Positions 1-8,200 of a stretch of 54,719 nt of DNA are shown here, in pieces. This DNA is from a virus: positions 1-54,719 of IMG/VR virus record IMGVR_UViG_3300014166_000001. One strand, written 5' to 3'. The position numbers were made by a program, and so were the translations under genes. Within the stretch, counting starts at the first letter, position 1, and each line of letters begins with the position of its first letter. A model generated the notes under the pieces. It was given only the letters and a program-made list of their open reading frames with translations. It did not search any database and was not told the origin of the DNA.

Positions 1-123
1 ATCATCGATGGTCTGCGTCGCAAACCCTTGCGGGCTCAACTCGTCTTGAAGTCGCTTCAGCAACTCAATCGTCACCTTGAGCTCACCAACGTCCACCATG
101 CCACGCCGGGCGAGTTGATCGGA
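1..123. repeat. Terminal overlap: bases 1-123 are identical to 54597-54719 (circular closure or assembly overlap)
   Basis: Base-by-base comparison of the two window ends. The overlap lies inside an open reading frame. Confidence 0.95.
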
Positions 124-255
124 GTTCTCTAGTTCCTCCACCAACTCTTGAGCGCACAAATTGCAATATTTGGTAGGGACTAACCCATCTCCAAGCTCGC
201 AGAGTTCATGACATTTCTGGCACTCAAAAGATTCATCATCTCCGGCTGTTTTCAT
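1..255 (-). CDS. 5' part of a gene split by the linearisation point. Zn-ribbon (CQKC...CNLC) plus coiled-coil protein; continues from 54596 down to 54342 (169 aa on the circle).
   Basis: ATG at 255 is in frame (52 codons, no stop) with the MVDVGELKV ORF that the track lists at 54342-54695. My own translation: MKTAGDDESFECQKCHELCELGDGLVPTKYCNLCAQELVEELENSDQLARRG-MVDVG... Confidence 0.6.
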   Translation of the reverse strand, partial: MKTAGDDESFECQKCHELCELGDGLVPTKYCNLCAQELVEELENSDQLARRGMVDVGELKVTIELLKRLQDELSPQGFATQTIDD

Positions 256-284
256 ATTTATCTCGGTGATTCGTTCGGCGGGGG

Positions 285-686
285 TCATGGCGTTTTGTCT
301 ATTTGGATGCGAACGCACTCGCGTTCTTTGCTGCCGACTTTGACTTGCGTGACTTCGATCTTTGCAACGTCTGGTGAGTCTGAAGGTAACGCACCAGCGT
401 AGCGGCATACATCAACGGCAAACTTTTCGCACAAGTTGTCTTCGTCGAGGAGGCGGCGCCTAAAACTTGTAATTCGTACAAGAAATTTTGCGCCAGCTTT
501 TTCTTGAACTTGTTCCTTTGCCAATGGCTCATGGCAAGGATCTGGTTCCAACTCGGCAGTCGGCCCGATATCTCCAGGTCCAGCACCCTCTGGCCGTACA
601 CGTGGAGGCTTGGACCATGATCCGTCGCTCTGTAGATCGTATCCGTTTGCTCTGAGGGCTTGCTCATAGTCGTTCGCGTCGATCAT
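285..686 (-). CDS. RusA-like Holliday junction resolvase
   Basis: C-terminal half RRRLLDEDNLCEKFAVDVCRYAGALPSDSPDV...VRIQI aligns by eye with the E. coli RusA core [29 protein letters not shown]. About 130 aa, next to the primase-helicase. Confidence 0.5.
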   Translation of the reverse strand: MIDANDYEQALRANGYDLQSDGSWSKPPRVRPEGAGPGDIGPTAELEPDPCHEPLAKEQVQEKAGAKFLVRITSFRRRLLDEDNLCEKFAVDVCRYAGALPSDSPDVAKIEVTQVKVGSKERECVRIQIDKTP

Positions 687-2316
687 TGTCGTGGAGCTTT
701 GGAGTTATGCTCATCTGTGCGGCGTTGAAATCCAGTTCGATCGTGTCACCACTTCTGCCTTTGGTGTCTTTCAAAATCCGAAGAACGATCCTTTCTCTGG
801 ATGGCCGCTCGCAGGCGATAACCAGTCCGGAGGAATTTTCCAATGCGCCGCTATCCCGAGCGTCATGTAGTCCAATTGGTTTGCCGTCGCTCTTTTTATC
901 CGGTCGTCCAATTTGGGACGCCATGATAATGATGGTTTCAGTGCGCTTGGCTATGACCTTCATTTCTTCCGCGGCATTTGATACAGCGTCGTATCGACTC
1001 TTGGAATTAACCGATCTCACCAACCCAACGTAATCGACAATTACAACGTCCGGTCTTTGGCCGAACTTTAATTCGCTCCTAACGATCAGGTGCTCAATTT
1101 CCATAGTGCCAATCCCGCTCTTCGGACACACCATGATGTGATGAAGGCCGAGGTATCGTTTCCACAACGGTCGAAACTCCTCCAGATATTCACGTTCAAC
1201 ATCTGACGAGAAACAACCCACCTCCATTTGTACAAACCGCTCGAACATTAGGGACAGCGGCAGTTCCATTTCAAAGATCAGTGTTTTCAACGGTGCGGCC
1301 AGCCTGGCTATAGTTTGGAGCAGCGCCGTCTTTCCAACCCCAGTATCGGCCATCAGCAGCATTAGTTCTCCGGCAATTAGTTTCCTGGAGGACAGAACTG
1401 TTCCAGGTCCAAACATTGAAAGCGAAAGCGATCTCCTAGTGTCCCTGGCCACGCACCTGCGGTACTCGACCTCCATTTCTTCAACTGTATAAACCGGCAG
1501 GAACTCCACACAGCTTGGAGAGGACTCGATAAGTTTTGAAAGATCGGTTTTGGCGTTGGCTTCTTCAGGAAACGACTTAACGAAGTCCGTAACGTCCTTG
1601 TGCGGATGAGGCAAGGTCACCCGCCGCAGGCTCAGCACGCAGCTCTTTAGAGACTCGATGATCTTTAGGGCGTGGTCTTTTCCAGCCGAGTCGGAGTCTG
1701 GTATCAGCACCACATGCTTACCCTTCAGAGTCTCAGAATATGCCGGCAACCATTTTCCTGCACCGCCGCAGTTGGTTGTGGCCACCCATCCAAGTTTATT
1801 CATGGTGTCGCAGTCTTTCTCACCCTCGCAGATTACCACTGTGGCTGATGCACGAACGCAAGCCAGGTTGTAAAGGACGCGCGTTACTCCTTCCAGATCC
1901 CATTGCCATGAACCGTTGGCCGCGGGTTGCCTTTGACGAAATGTCTTTGGGGAGTAGCGCACGACTTGAAAAATGAGTTCTCCGTTCTCATTTGCGTAAT
2001 CGTAGGTCGCAACGATCTGAGGAGCTTGAGTCGGCTGCGCCTTGTCGTTATCACCTGACAGGTGTTTAAGCGCTTCGCCAGCGGTGATGTGTTGCTCAAT
2101 CATAACCCAGTCGATAACGGTCCCTCCTTTGTCGCAGTCATTACAATGGAACAGCCCTTTTGCTGTATCGACCGTGACGCATAGGTGATTTGGTTTGTGT
2201 GAGGTCACCGGACACACGTTGGTGACAAAGTGCGGCGCAGCTCCTCGCAGCTTGATTTGTTTTTTATCAAGAAACGACTTCAGTGGGTTACGGGCCAGTA
2301 TTTCGTTGCGTTCCAT
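664..2316 (-). CDS. Bifunctional DNA primase/helicase (T7 gp4-like architecture)
   Basis: N-terminal CHC2-type Zn finger (CPVTSHKPNHLCV...FHCNDCDKGGTVIDW), Toprim (VVICEGEKDCDT...NCGGAGKW...DSDSAG), and DnaB/RecA-type Walker A (ADTGVGKTALL). Confidence 0.85.
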   Translation of the reverse strand: MERNEILARNPLKSFLDKKQIKLRGAAPHFVTNVCPVTSHKPNHLCVTVDTAKGLFHCNDCDKGGTVIDWVMIEQHITAGEALKHLSGDNDKAQPTQAPQIVATYDYANENGELIFQVVRYSPKTFRQRQPAANGSWQWDLEGVTRVLYNLACVRASATVVICEGEKDCDTMNKLGWVATTNCGGAGKWLPAYSETLKGKHVVLIPDSDSAGKDHALKIIESLKSCVLSLRRVTLPHPHKDVTDFVKSFPEEANAKTDLSKLIESSPSCVEFLPVYTVEEMEVEYRRCVARDTRRSLSLSMFGPGTVLSSRKLIAGELMLLMADTGVGKTALLQTIARLAAPLKTLIFEMELPLSLMFERFVQMEVGCFSSDVEREYLEEFRPLWKRYLGLHHIMVCPKSGIGTMEIEHLIVRSELKFGQRPDVVIVDYVGLVRSVNSKSRYDAVSNAAEEMKVIAKRTETIIIMASQIGRPDKKSDGKPIGLHDARDSGALENSSGLVIACERPSRERIVLRILKDTKGRSGDTIELDFNAAQMSITPKLHDNDRRERL

Positions 2317-2536
2317 TGTCGTGAAAATGTTTGTAGAAATCAGAAAGCAAGTGATCCCCTAAAACCCTGGCGCATGCTGGGTGCATCCAAATCTGTTGTT
2401 CTTTCTCCGAGGCACCTTGCCAGTAAATCCACACTGAACCCATCAACGGTTCTCCGCAGTAGAAGCACTTGTCGGTGGGAGAATGGAACACCTCCGTGTT
2501 CGGCTGGTGCATGTGCGATGCGGAGTAGAAAGCCAT
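2288..2536 (-). CDS. Hypothetical small Cys/His protein
   Basis: 82-aa ORF co-directional with and overlapping the primase gene start. CFYCG...HPAC motif. Confidence 0.45.
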   Translation of the reverse strand: MAFYSASHMHQPNTEVFHSPTDKCFYCGEPLMGSVWIYWQGASEKEQQIWMHPACARVLGDHLLSDFYKHFHDNGTQRNTGP

Positions 2537-3337
2537 TCAAATTATATTTCGGGGCCGAGGAGCGTTTTGAGCCTGGTCAATCGCCGTAGTCCAGTTCTTG
2601 ACAAGTGAGTCCGCACTTCGGAACGGTTTCTCAGCGTTAGGAAGCCACCTCAATATTTCTTCCAGTTCAGCCAGGCAGTCGGTGCGTCGGGCGATTGAGC
2701 AAATGCCCTGCTCAGACTCACACGACCAGTGGGCGGTGGGATTCCTTTTGAAATACCCTCCGATCTCCGATTTGAGAAAGTTTACGGTGTCCATAGTCGA
2801 GTCACCACCGTTGTTTTTCTTTTTAAATACGTCACCACCACCATTTGGTGTTTGTACTTCTGCATATGCACCTGCACCTGCACCTGCACCTGCACCTGTA
2901 CTCTGAACAGAATTGAACTGTTCACATTGGTTCACATTGTTCACAGTGAACTCGAATTTTCCCTTTCGACCAGCCCTCTCCCACTTTCTATACTGTTTCC
3001 AGTATTCCTTGCGATCTTCAGTCAGTGCATCATTTCTGTATTGCTCAAGATTGACGACTCTATATCGGTAAGGTCCTGGACCGCATTGTACTAATCTCCT
3101 CCCTTCACAGTCTGGAGATCTCGAATCTGGATCTTTGTCGCACAGATATTCAAGCGCAGTCTTAACCTTTTTAATTGGCTCTCCGAATATTGCAGCCAGA
3201 ACCGTTGGATTAAGGTCTACAGTGCAATCTTCGTCGGGTCGGGCGTTAGCTATGGCGTAGGGCATGAGCGCAAATGCCATTGCGCCAGCTCCAACCATGC
3301 TACCGGTGTACATTTTGGGGGATATTCTGCCGTGCAT
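2537..3337 (-). CDS. Replication-associated winged-helix protein (start uncertain; could be as far upstream as 3469)
   Basis: Segment KDPDSRSPDCEGRRLV...YRYRVVNLEQYR matches the PDxSRxxxxEGRR...N..KYR signature I associate with phage replication/replisome-organiser wHTH proteins. Contains a (GA)5 linker. The long 5' part of the 399-aa ORF overlaps other ORFs and is highly basic. Confidence 0.5.
   Translation of the reverse strand: MHGRISPKMYTGSMVGAGAMAFALMPYAIANARPDEDCTVDLNPTVLAAIFGEPIKKVKTALEYLCDKDPDSRSPDCEGRRLVQCGPGPYRYRVVNLEQYRNDALTEDRKEYWKQYRKWERAGRKGKFEFTVNNVNQCEQFNSVQSTGAGAGAGAGAYAEVQTPNGGGDVFKKKNNGGDSTMDTVNFLKSEIGGYFKRNPTAHWSCESEQGICSIARRTDCLAELEEILRWLPNAEKPFRSADSLVKNWTTAIDQAQNAPRPRNII
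2868..2897. repeat. Hexanucleotide tandem repeat (gcacct)x5 encoding GAGAGAGAGA in the minus-strand gene
   Basis: Read directly from the sequence. Confidence 0.9.
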
Positions 3338-3486
3338 GAGTGTTTGGTTAAGAGCCCTGCGCTGCTGCCGTGGTTGAATGTGACTTCGCTTCCTGGGAGG
3401 GAAACCACAGCAGCAACGCGGGAATCTCGTTTTAGCAAAGTCACGAAGCACTTTTGATCGTCCTTCCATTTCTGTAAAGAACTTTC

Positions 3487-3633
3487 TCACTCCCCAACCA
3501 CTAAAACGGTCCGCTTGGTCTTGTGTTCGATCTTCAGGTTCGGGTATTCGCCAGCGCGATACCGGCGGTACGCTCCGCCGTAACCGATCCCGGCCTGAAT
3601 AGCTTTCTCGGTCAGCCAAGTTTTGAGGAGCAT
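3487..3633 (-). CDS. Small putative excisionase/MerR-type HTH protein
   Basis: MLLKTWLTEKAIQAGIGYGGAYRRYRAGEYPNLKIEHKTKRTVLV resembles AlpA/Xis-type HTH proteins (Y.R...G.fP). An internal Met of the 81-aa ORF was chosen to avoid overlap with the upstream gene. Confidence 0.35.
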   Translation of the reverse strand: MLLKTWLTEKAIQAGIGYGGAYRRYRAGEYPNLKIEHKTKRTVLVVGE

Positions 3634-3665
3634 TGGCAGCCTGGGTTTTGGTGTTCTCACGTCCG

Positions 3666-3992
3666 TTAATCCATGACCTGACGTGACATTTGAGCGAAGT
3701 AATCGTATTCCTGAACTCGGCCAACCTCCCACACACCTGGTGATAGACGGATAGGCGCGTGCTCCTCGTGAATTATAGTCGCGGCGCGTGTCAATTTTAG
3801 AAGCATTCGCTCTCCGATTGTGATCAATTCGGCCTCGTCGTCCTCAATGATGTGGGAGTGTCCATTTTCCCCGTGCGCCAGGACAAGACGTTTTCGGGTG
3901 ATGTTGATCGGGGTTCCTTCGGGCATCGCATCTAGTTTTCGTCCAATTACGTCGCCTTGTTGAAATGTTCGTTTTGCGGTTTTATTTTTCAT
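3666..3992 (-). CDS. Conserved phage protein of unknown function (QGDV ... GENGHSH motif)
   Basis: 108-aa ORF. The QGDV...P....I.......VLAHGE.GHSH pattern recalls a widespread small phage beta-barrel family. Confidence 0.55.
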   Translation of the reverse strand: MKNKTAKRTFQQGDVIGRKLDAMPEGTPINITRKRLVLAHGENGHSHIIEDDEAELITIGERMLLKLTRAATIIHEEHAPIRLSPGVWEVGRVQEYDYFAQMSRQVMD

Positions 3993-3994
3993 GT

Positions 3995-5053
3995 TTAGGT
4001 CAGGATCTCGGCATTCTCATGCCAGTTACTATTTCTCCAATTCAAACTTTCGGTTACTGTCTTACAGGATGGATCTACCCCCTCCAAGTGCCAAACTCCG
4101 ATGCTTTGGTTGAGCATTCGCAAATATCTAGCGTCTGTTACCTGTTCTGACAGGTGTATAGAAAGTAGTTCGTAGTCTCCACGCTTCTCAATTAATTTGT
4201 GTGGTAGCTGGGCAAGCATGCGCTCGATGCCAACTTTTCGTATAAGTTCTCGACGGCGATCAATGTTGTCCTCCTGAAGCACGCTCTCTGGAGTAATGCG
4301 CTCGGCCGGAGTTAGGACTTGATCTGGTTTCATGGATATTCCGTTTAGGTAGAACAACTGCCAGCCGTCAGGATATGTTAATGCCGGTGATTCATCTTTG
4401 TGAAGTCTACCAATAGAATTTCTGTGTAAGGAGTCGTGTCGCTCACAAATCCAACACAATTTTTCGTGAGGGAGCCACCAACCAGCGTTTTCACAAATAG
4501 TTGCTATTCCTTTTAGTTTCTCTGTCTCGTTTACTAACTCGCACACGATCTTCAAGAAGTCATAGAATCCAATCCACGCAGATTCATGTTGACCGTACAC
4601 GCTGTCCCTCACGCTGGCCCCCACGCTGGCCCCCACGCTGGCCCCCACGCTGGCCCTCACGCTGGCCCCCACGCTGTCCCACACGCTGTCCCTCACGCTG
4701 TCCCTCACGCTGTCCCTCACGCTGGCCCCCACGCTGGCCCCCACGTTGGCCACCACGCTGGCCCACACGCTGTCCCTCACGCTGTCCATCACGCTGTCCA
4801 TCACGTTGTCCATCACGTTGGCCACCACGTTGTCTGAAAAGCTGGAAACTATTGATCGAGTTAACCCTTGAGATAATGGAGAACCGCACCAAACAATCCT
4901 TGGTGGTTCAAGACCAGCAATTCTGTAAGATTCAACTATACCTCTCTCGGCCTCTTTGCGATTTGCTGGCTGAGTGCTTAAACCGATATTGGTCCATTTA
5001 TCAATGAACTCGGGAAAGCGTTTTATTTGTTCTGCTGAAAGTTTAGTGATCAT
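3995..5053 (-). CDS. Tetrapeptide-repeat protein: N-terminal domain, about 20 xSVx repeats, and a conserved about 190-aa C-terminal domain
   Basis: 352-aa ORF. The central block is DNVVANVMDNVMDSVMDSVRDSVWASV...GASVRDSV. The C-terminal domain (WWLPHEKLCWICERH...YLNG...RRELIRKVGIERM) looks like a DUF-type bacterial domain seen with such repeats. Confidence 0.8.
   Translation of the reverse strand: MITKLSAEQIKRFPEFIDKWTNIGLSTQPANRKEAERGIVESYRIAGLEPPRIVWCGSPLSQGLTRSIVSSFSDNVVANVMDNVMDSVMDSVRDSVWASVVANVGASVGASVRDSVRDSVRDSVWDSVGASVRASVGASVGASVGASVRDSVYGQHESAWIGFYDFLKIVCELVNETEKLKGIATICENAGWWLPHEKLCWICERHDSLHRNSIGRLHKDESPALTYPDGWQLFYLNGISMKPDQVLTPAERITPESVLQEDNIDRRRELIRKVGIERMLAQLPHKLIEKRGDYELLSIHLSEQVTDARYLRMLNQSIGVWHLEGVDPSCKTVTESLNWRNSNWHENAEILT
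4598..4837. repeat. 12-bp tandem repeat, about 20 copies (plus-strand consensus cacgctgKcccY)
   Basis: Counted unit by unit from 4598. Lies in frame within CDS 3995-5053. Confidence 0.95.
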
Positions 5054-5250
5054 TGAAGTAACTCGAATGGACGGCTTGGCCCGACAGAGCCCACAGAGGG
5101 AGTGCCCAAGGAGGAGAGCACTGCGAGAAGGGCATTGTTTCCAAGCCGCCCATTGGAATTACCGGCGAGAACTCTGTTACATGGAGTCGGGTCCATTCCA
5201 AGAGTGTAATACACTGGGGCAAATTGGCAAGTGCTTAAATTGAGAGAGGC

Positions 5251-8200
5251 TTACTCGTTCAACCTGGGCTGAAGTTTTTCCCGGTTGATGATCGACTCAT
5301 GCATTCCTTGTTGCGTGCCGCCGAGTCGAATGATCGCGTTAGCCTCTTTCTCCATGGTCGGCTTATCGTTGTCCTTTAGAGCCTTGAAGTACAGCGAGTA
5401 GTGATGGCCTCGAACGGTCGACAGTGCTCGCTTCCGTATTTCTTCGGCGGGCACACCGTTCCTGGTAGCTGCGTCTGTTATTTCCGACACCATTGACTGA
5501 AGCGATCCTTCTGATGGCTGTTGGCCGCGGAGAAATGATCGGAGTCGGTTTGGATCGGTCGCCAGTTCGTAAACGCTTTCGTATGCGTTCTGAGCCTTGC
5601 TCTTGGTCATCCCTTTTCTGAACGGGACGGAAAGCGCAAACTGGTTTCCGGAAAACACGAACGGAATAGCCTCCTTTTCCACGCTCTTAGCCCGTTGGGG
5701 AATACTCTCTGCGAAAGTTTCGTGGTCCTGTTTCCATGGCTCTTTGAAGTCACCTTCCATTCCGGTGATCTGGTGGAACACTTCGGCCACTGGGCGAGCC
5801 ATTTTCGCCATGACATTCACCTCGGGATGAATGATCCACGCCAAGACCTCCTGCGGTCGTTTACCCAAGTTCACGTAATATCTGGTCGGGTCTTTTTCGT
5901 TGTGCCACGGCAGCATCCTCATTAACGGAGTTATGTCGATGCGCGTGCGTTGGCCAGATTCGTTGTCCCATACCCAAGGTTTGTCCCCTTTACGATCATT
6001 CCCAAAAGCTGAATAGATCGCGTACTGTGTGGCCAGTGTGGCACCGGCCAAAGCGGCCAACTCGCCTGCCCAGAACTTCCCACGTCCAAGGTTTCCAGCC
6101 ACACCTTCCATATTTGCAACACCGGGCTCCCGACCAACCAAGCGTGGAGTTTGAGTTCGGATAATGGAAGCGGCGTCGGACACACCTGGGACGCTACGAA
6201 GCGTTGAAAGAGTCCAGTCCGGGGCGAGGAAGAACCTCGACATTGCGTGCCTCACCTGTGGCGAAAGCCAAAACTTCGTTTGCCATTCCTGGCCGCCGAA
6301 AGCGTCATTGAGGCGAGAGGCAATTTGCTCTTTAACTTGGTTGACGTTTGTGCCTTTTGGAGCATCGGCAAGTGCCTTTGATACCGCGTCGTTGTAAGCG
6401 ACAATCTTGAAAGCGTCGTGGGTGTTTTTCCAAAGTCCCTCCTGCCGCATGTGCTGAATGTCTCGAGCTAGTGCGACGGTCTTACCAAGGTAAGGCACGT
6501 CTCTCCACTTGGCGGCCGCTTTGTCCAGGAAGTCGCGTGCATTGTGCTGGTAACTTTCACTGTCCGTCCACGCAAACTTGAGCCCATGCTTCGCCGCATC
6601 AGCAACGGCCTCCTCGTCTTTGAGCAAGTCCTTGCCCAGTCCTCGTGTCGATCGGAAAGCCTCCAGTTGACCGGTCTGTGGGTTTCTCTCAAATAGTCGC
6701 AACAAACCACGGAACGGGTTAGCCCCCATCATTTCACCACCTGCGGCACTGCGAAGGGTAAGGTCGTGGAACATCGAAAAGGCAAACGCATTGGCTCGGG
6801 TTAGAGCGTTAACAGAGTCATACGCCTTGCCCAAGTCGCTCGATACTGGCTGCTCCAATATCTGGCGCACCGCATTCCAGACGTCCGGATGAATGGCGGC
6901 CCCGCCTTTCCAGATCATAACCCCGTTGGGTGTCTGCCTGGCGTAGACCTTTTGAACCAATGGGTTTTGAGTTATCTCCCATCCAGGAGGGGCGTCCTTC
7001 GCCGGCACAACTGCAGGCTCGCCCGTGGACAACTTCATGTCCTTGAGCGTGTACATCAGTTGTCGGTTGGTCGCCACACGCCAGTTGATATTCGCGTGAT
7101 GCTCGTAAAGCACTGCTGGGTCCTGGGTGATCGGAATAAGGCCAAGGTCGATCGCTTCGCGCACGGTCGGAAGTTTACGAGCCTTCGCGTTGGGCGAGTC
7201 TTTAACAAACCGAGTCAATGCAGATCGGACAGGTCCAGCGGTGCTGTTGGCGTAAAAATGTGGAAGGTAATCTTCGAGGAACTTTAGGTATTCTCCCTGC
7301 TCGGAGTCCTTCAAGTAAGCGTTTATTTCGTTTCGCTGCGCCTCGATCTCAAAGCGATAGGTCTTCGCCAGCATTCGCATAACCGGGCTCATCCGATCTT
7401 TTACGCCGTCAATGGTGTCGCCTGGCAGTTCGATATTACCAATGCCTTCGACAAATGCTCCGACGTCACTTCGATCCGCTTTATTGGGGACTTGCTCCCG
7501 CCATTTATCCGCTGTGACTCGCGCTCGCTGAACACGACTTTCAAACTCTCGCACCGTTCCTTTCACGAGGTCTTGAGCGGCCACGGCGGCCGGTGCGTCT
7601 CGAGCCACCGGATCGGCGAATAATCGTGAGCGAACTTTACCCGGCGTCTCAGTTGGTGCAGCCGCAGGACCGGAGGAAGTCTGTTCGGCGGGAACGGGCT
7701 CGACGTTGCCCTCCAAAAGCTGGTTTATGACTCCTGCGGAGTCTGGGTTGGTCGATAACTGTTTTTCAAAGCCTTCGCTGAACTTCGGAGCCATATTTCG
7801 GGCCGTTTCCGGGTCGTGTGCGTAGAGAGAGAAAAAGTCAGCAATAAGTTCGACTGCGCTTTTACGGTAAGCTTGATGGCCCTTGGTGCCGGTTATCGGT
7901 CCACGCATTAACTCGCTGATCGGGATGAGTTCTTTTTGAAGGTCCTTTCCTGAAGTTCCCGGAACGCGCTCTTCGAGACTGCGTTGTGAACGTGCAAGGT
8001 TTGTCTTTGGCCAGATCAGAGCGTCTATGTCGTGCCCCATTTCGTGGGCAACGGTTAACTGGTTGTGAATGTCCACGACCTCAATGCGATCGTTCTGACC
8101 GATGGAAGCGCGCGCCCGCACGTACTGACCTGCGACACCCTTGGCAAGCGTGACGCGGGAGCGCACTAGTGTTCCTAGCTGTCGACTGGCCTCAAGTAAC

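Noticed and set aside
1-123. The 123-bp identical ends as a genuine T7-style direct terminal repeat
   Set aside because: The repeat falls in the middle of an uninterrupted coding sequence, which reads through the junction in frame. An assembly overlap of a circular or circularly permuted genome is the simpler explanation. This cannot be settled without reads.
2729-3094. Plus-strand ORFs with CTCTCT / APAPAP tracts
   Set aside because: They are shadows of the (gcacct)5 repeat on the opposite strand of the wHTH gene.
4598-4837. CRISPR-like array
   Set aside because: The units are 12 bp, contiguous with no spacers, and in frame within a CDS.
4895-4925. tRNA T-arm-like ggttcaagacc and other GTTC-type strings (also about 50125-50140)
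   Set aside because: I could not fold the flanks into acceptor, D and anticodon stems, and the first lies inside a CDS. I found no convincing tRNA or tmRNA by eye; a tRNAscan run would be definitive.
4501-5007. Long ORFs on the plus strand and in other frames across the 12-bp repeat: a 168-aa PRWP-rich ORF, an 83-aa HAGP-rich ORF and a 102-aa GQR-rich ORF
   Set aside because: They are frame and strand shadows of the tandem repeat. Only the minus-strand 352-aa frame has normal flanking domains and fits the operon.
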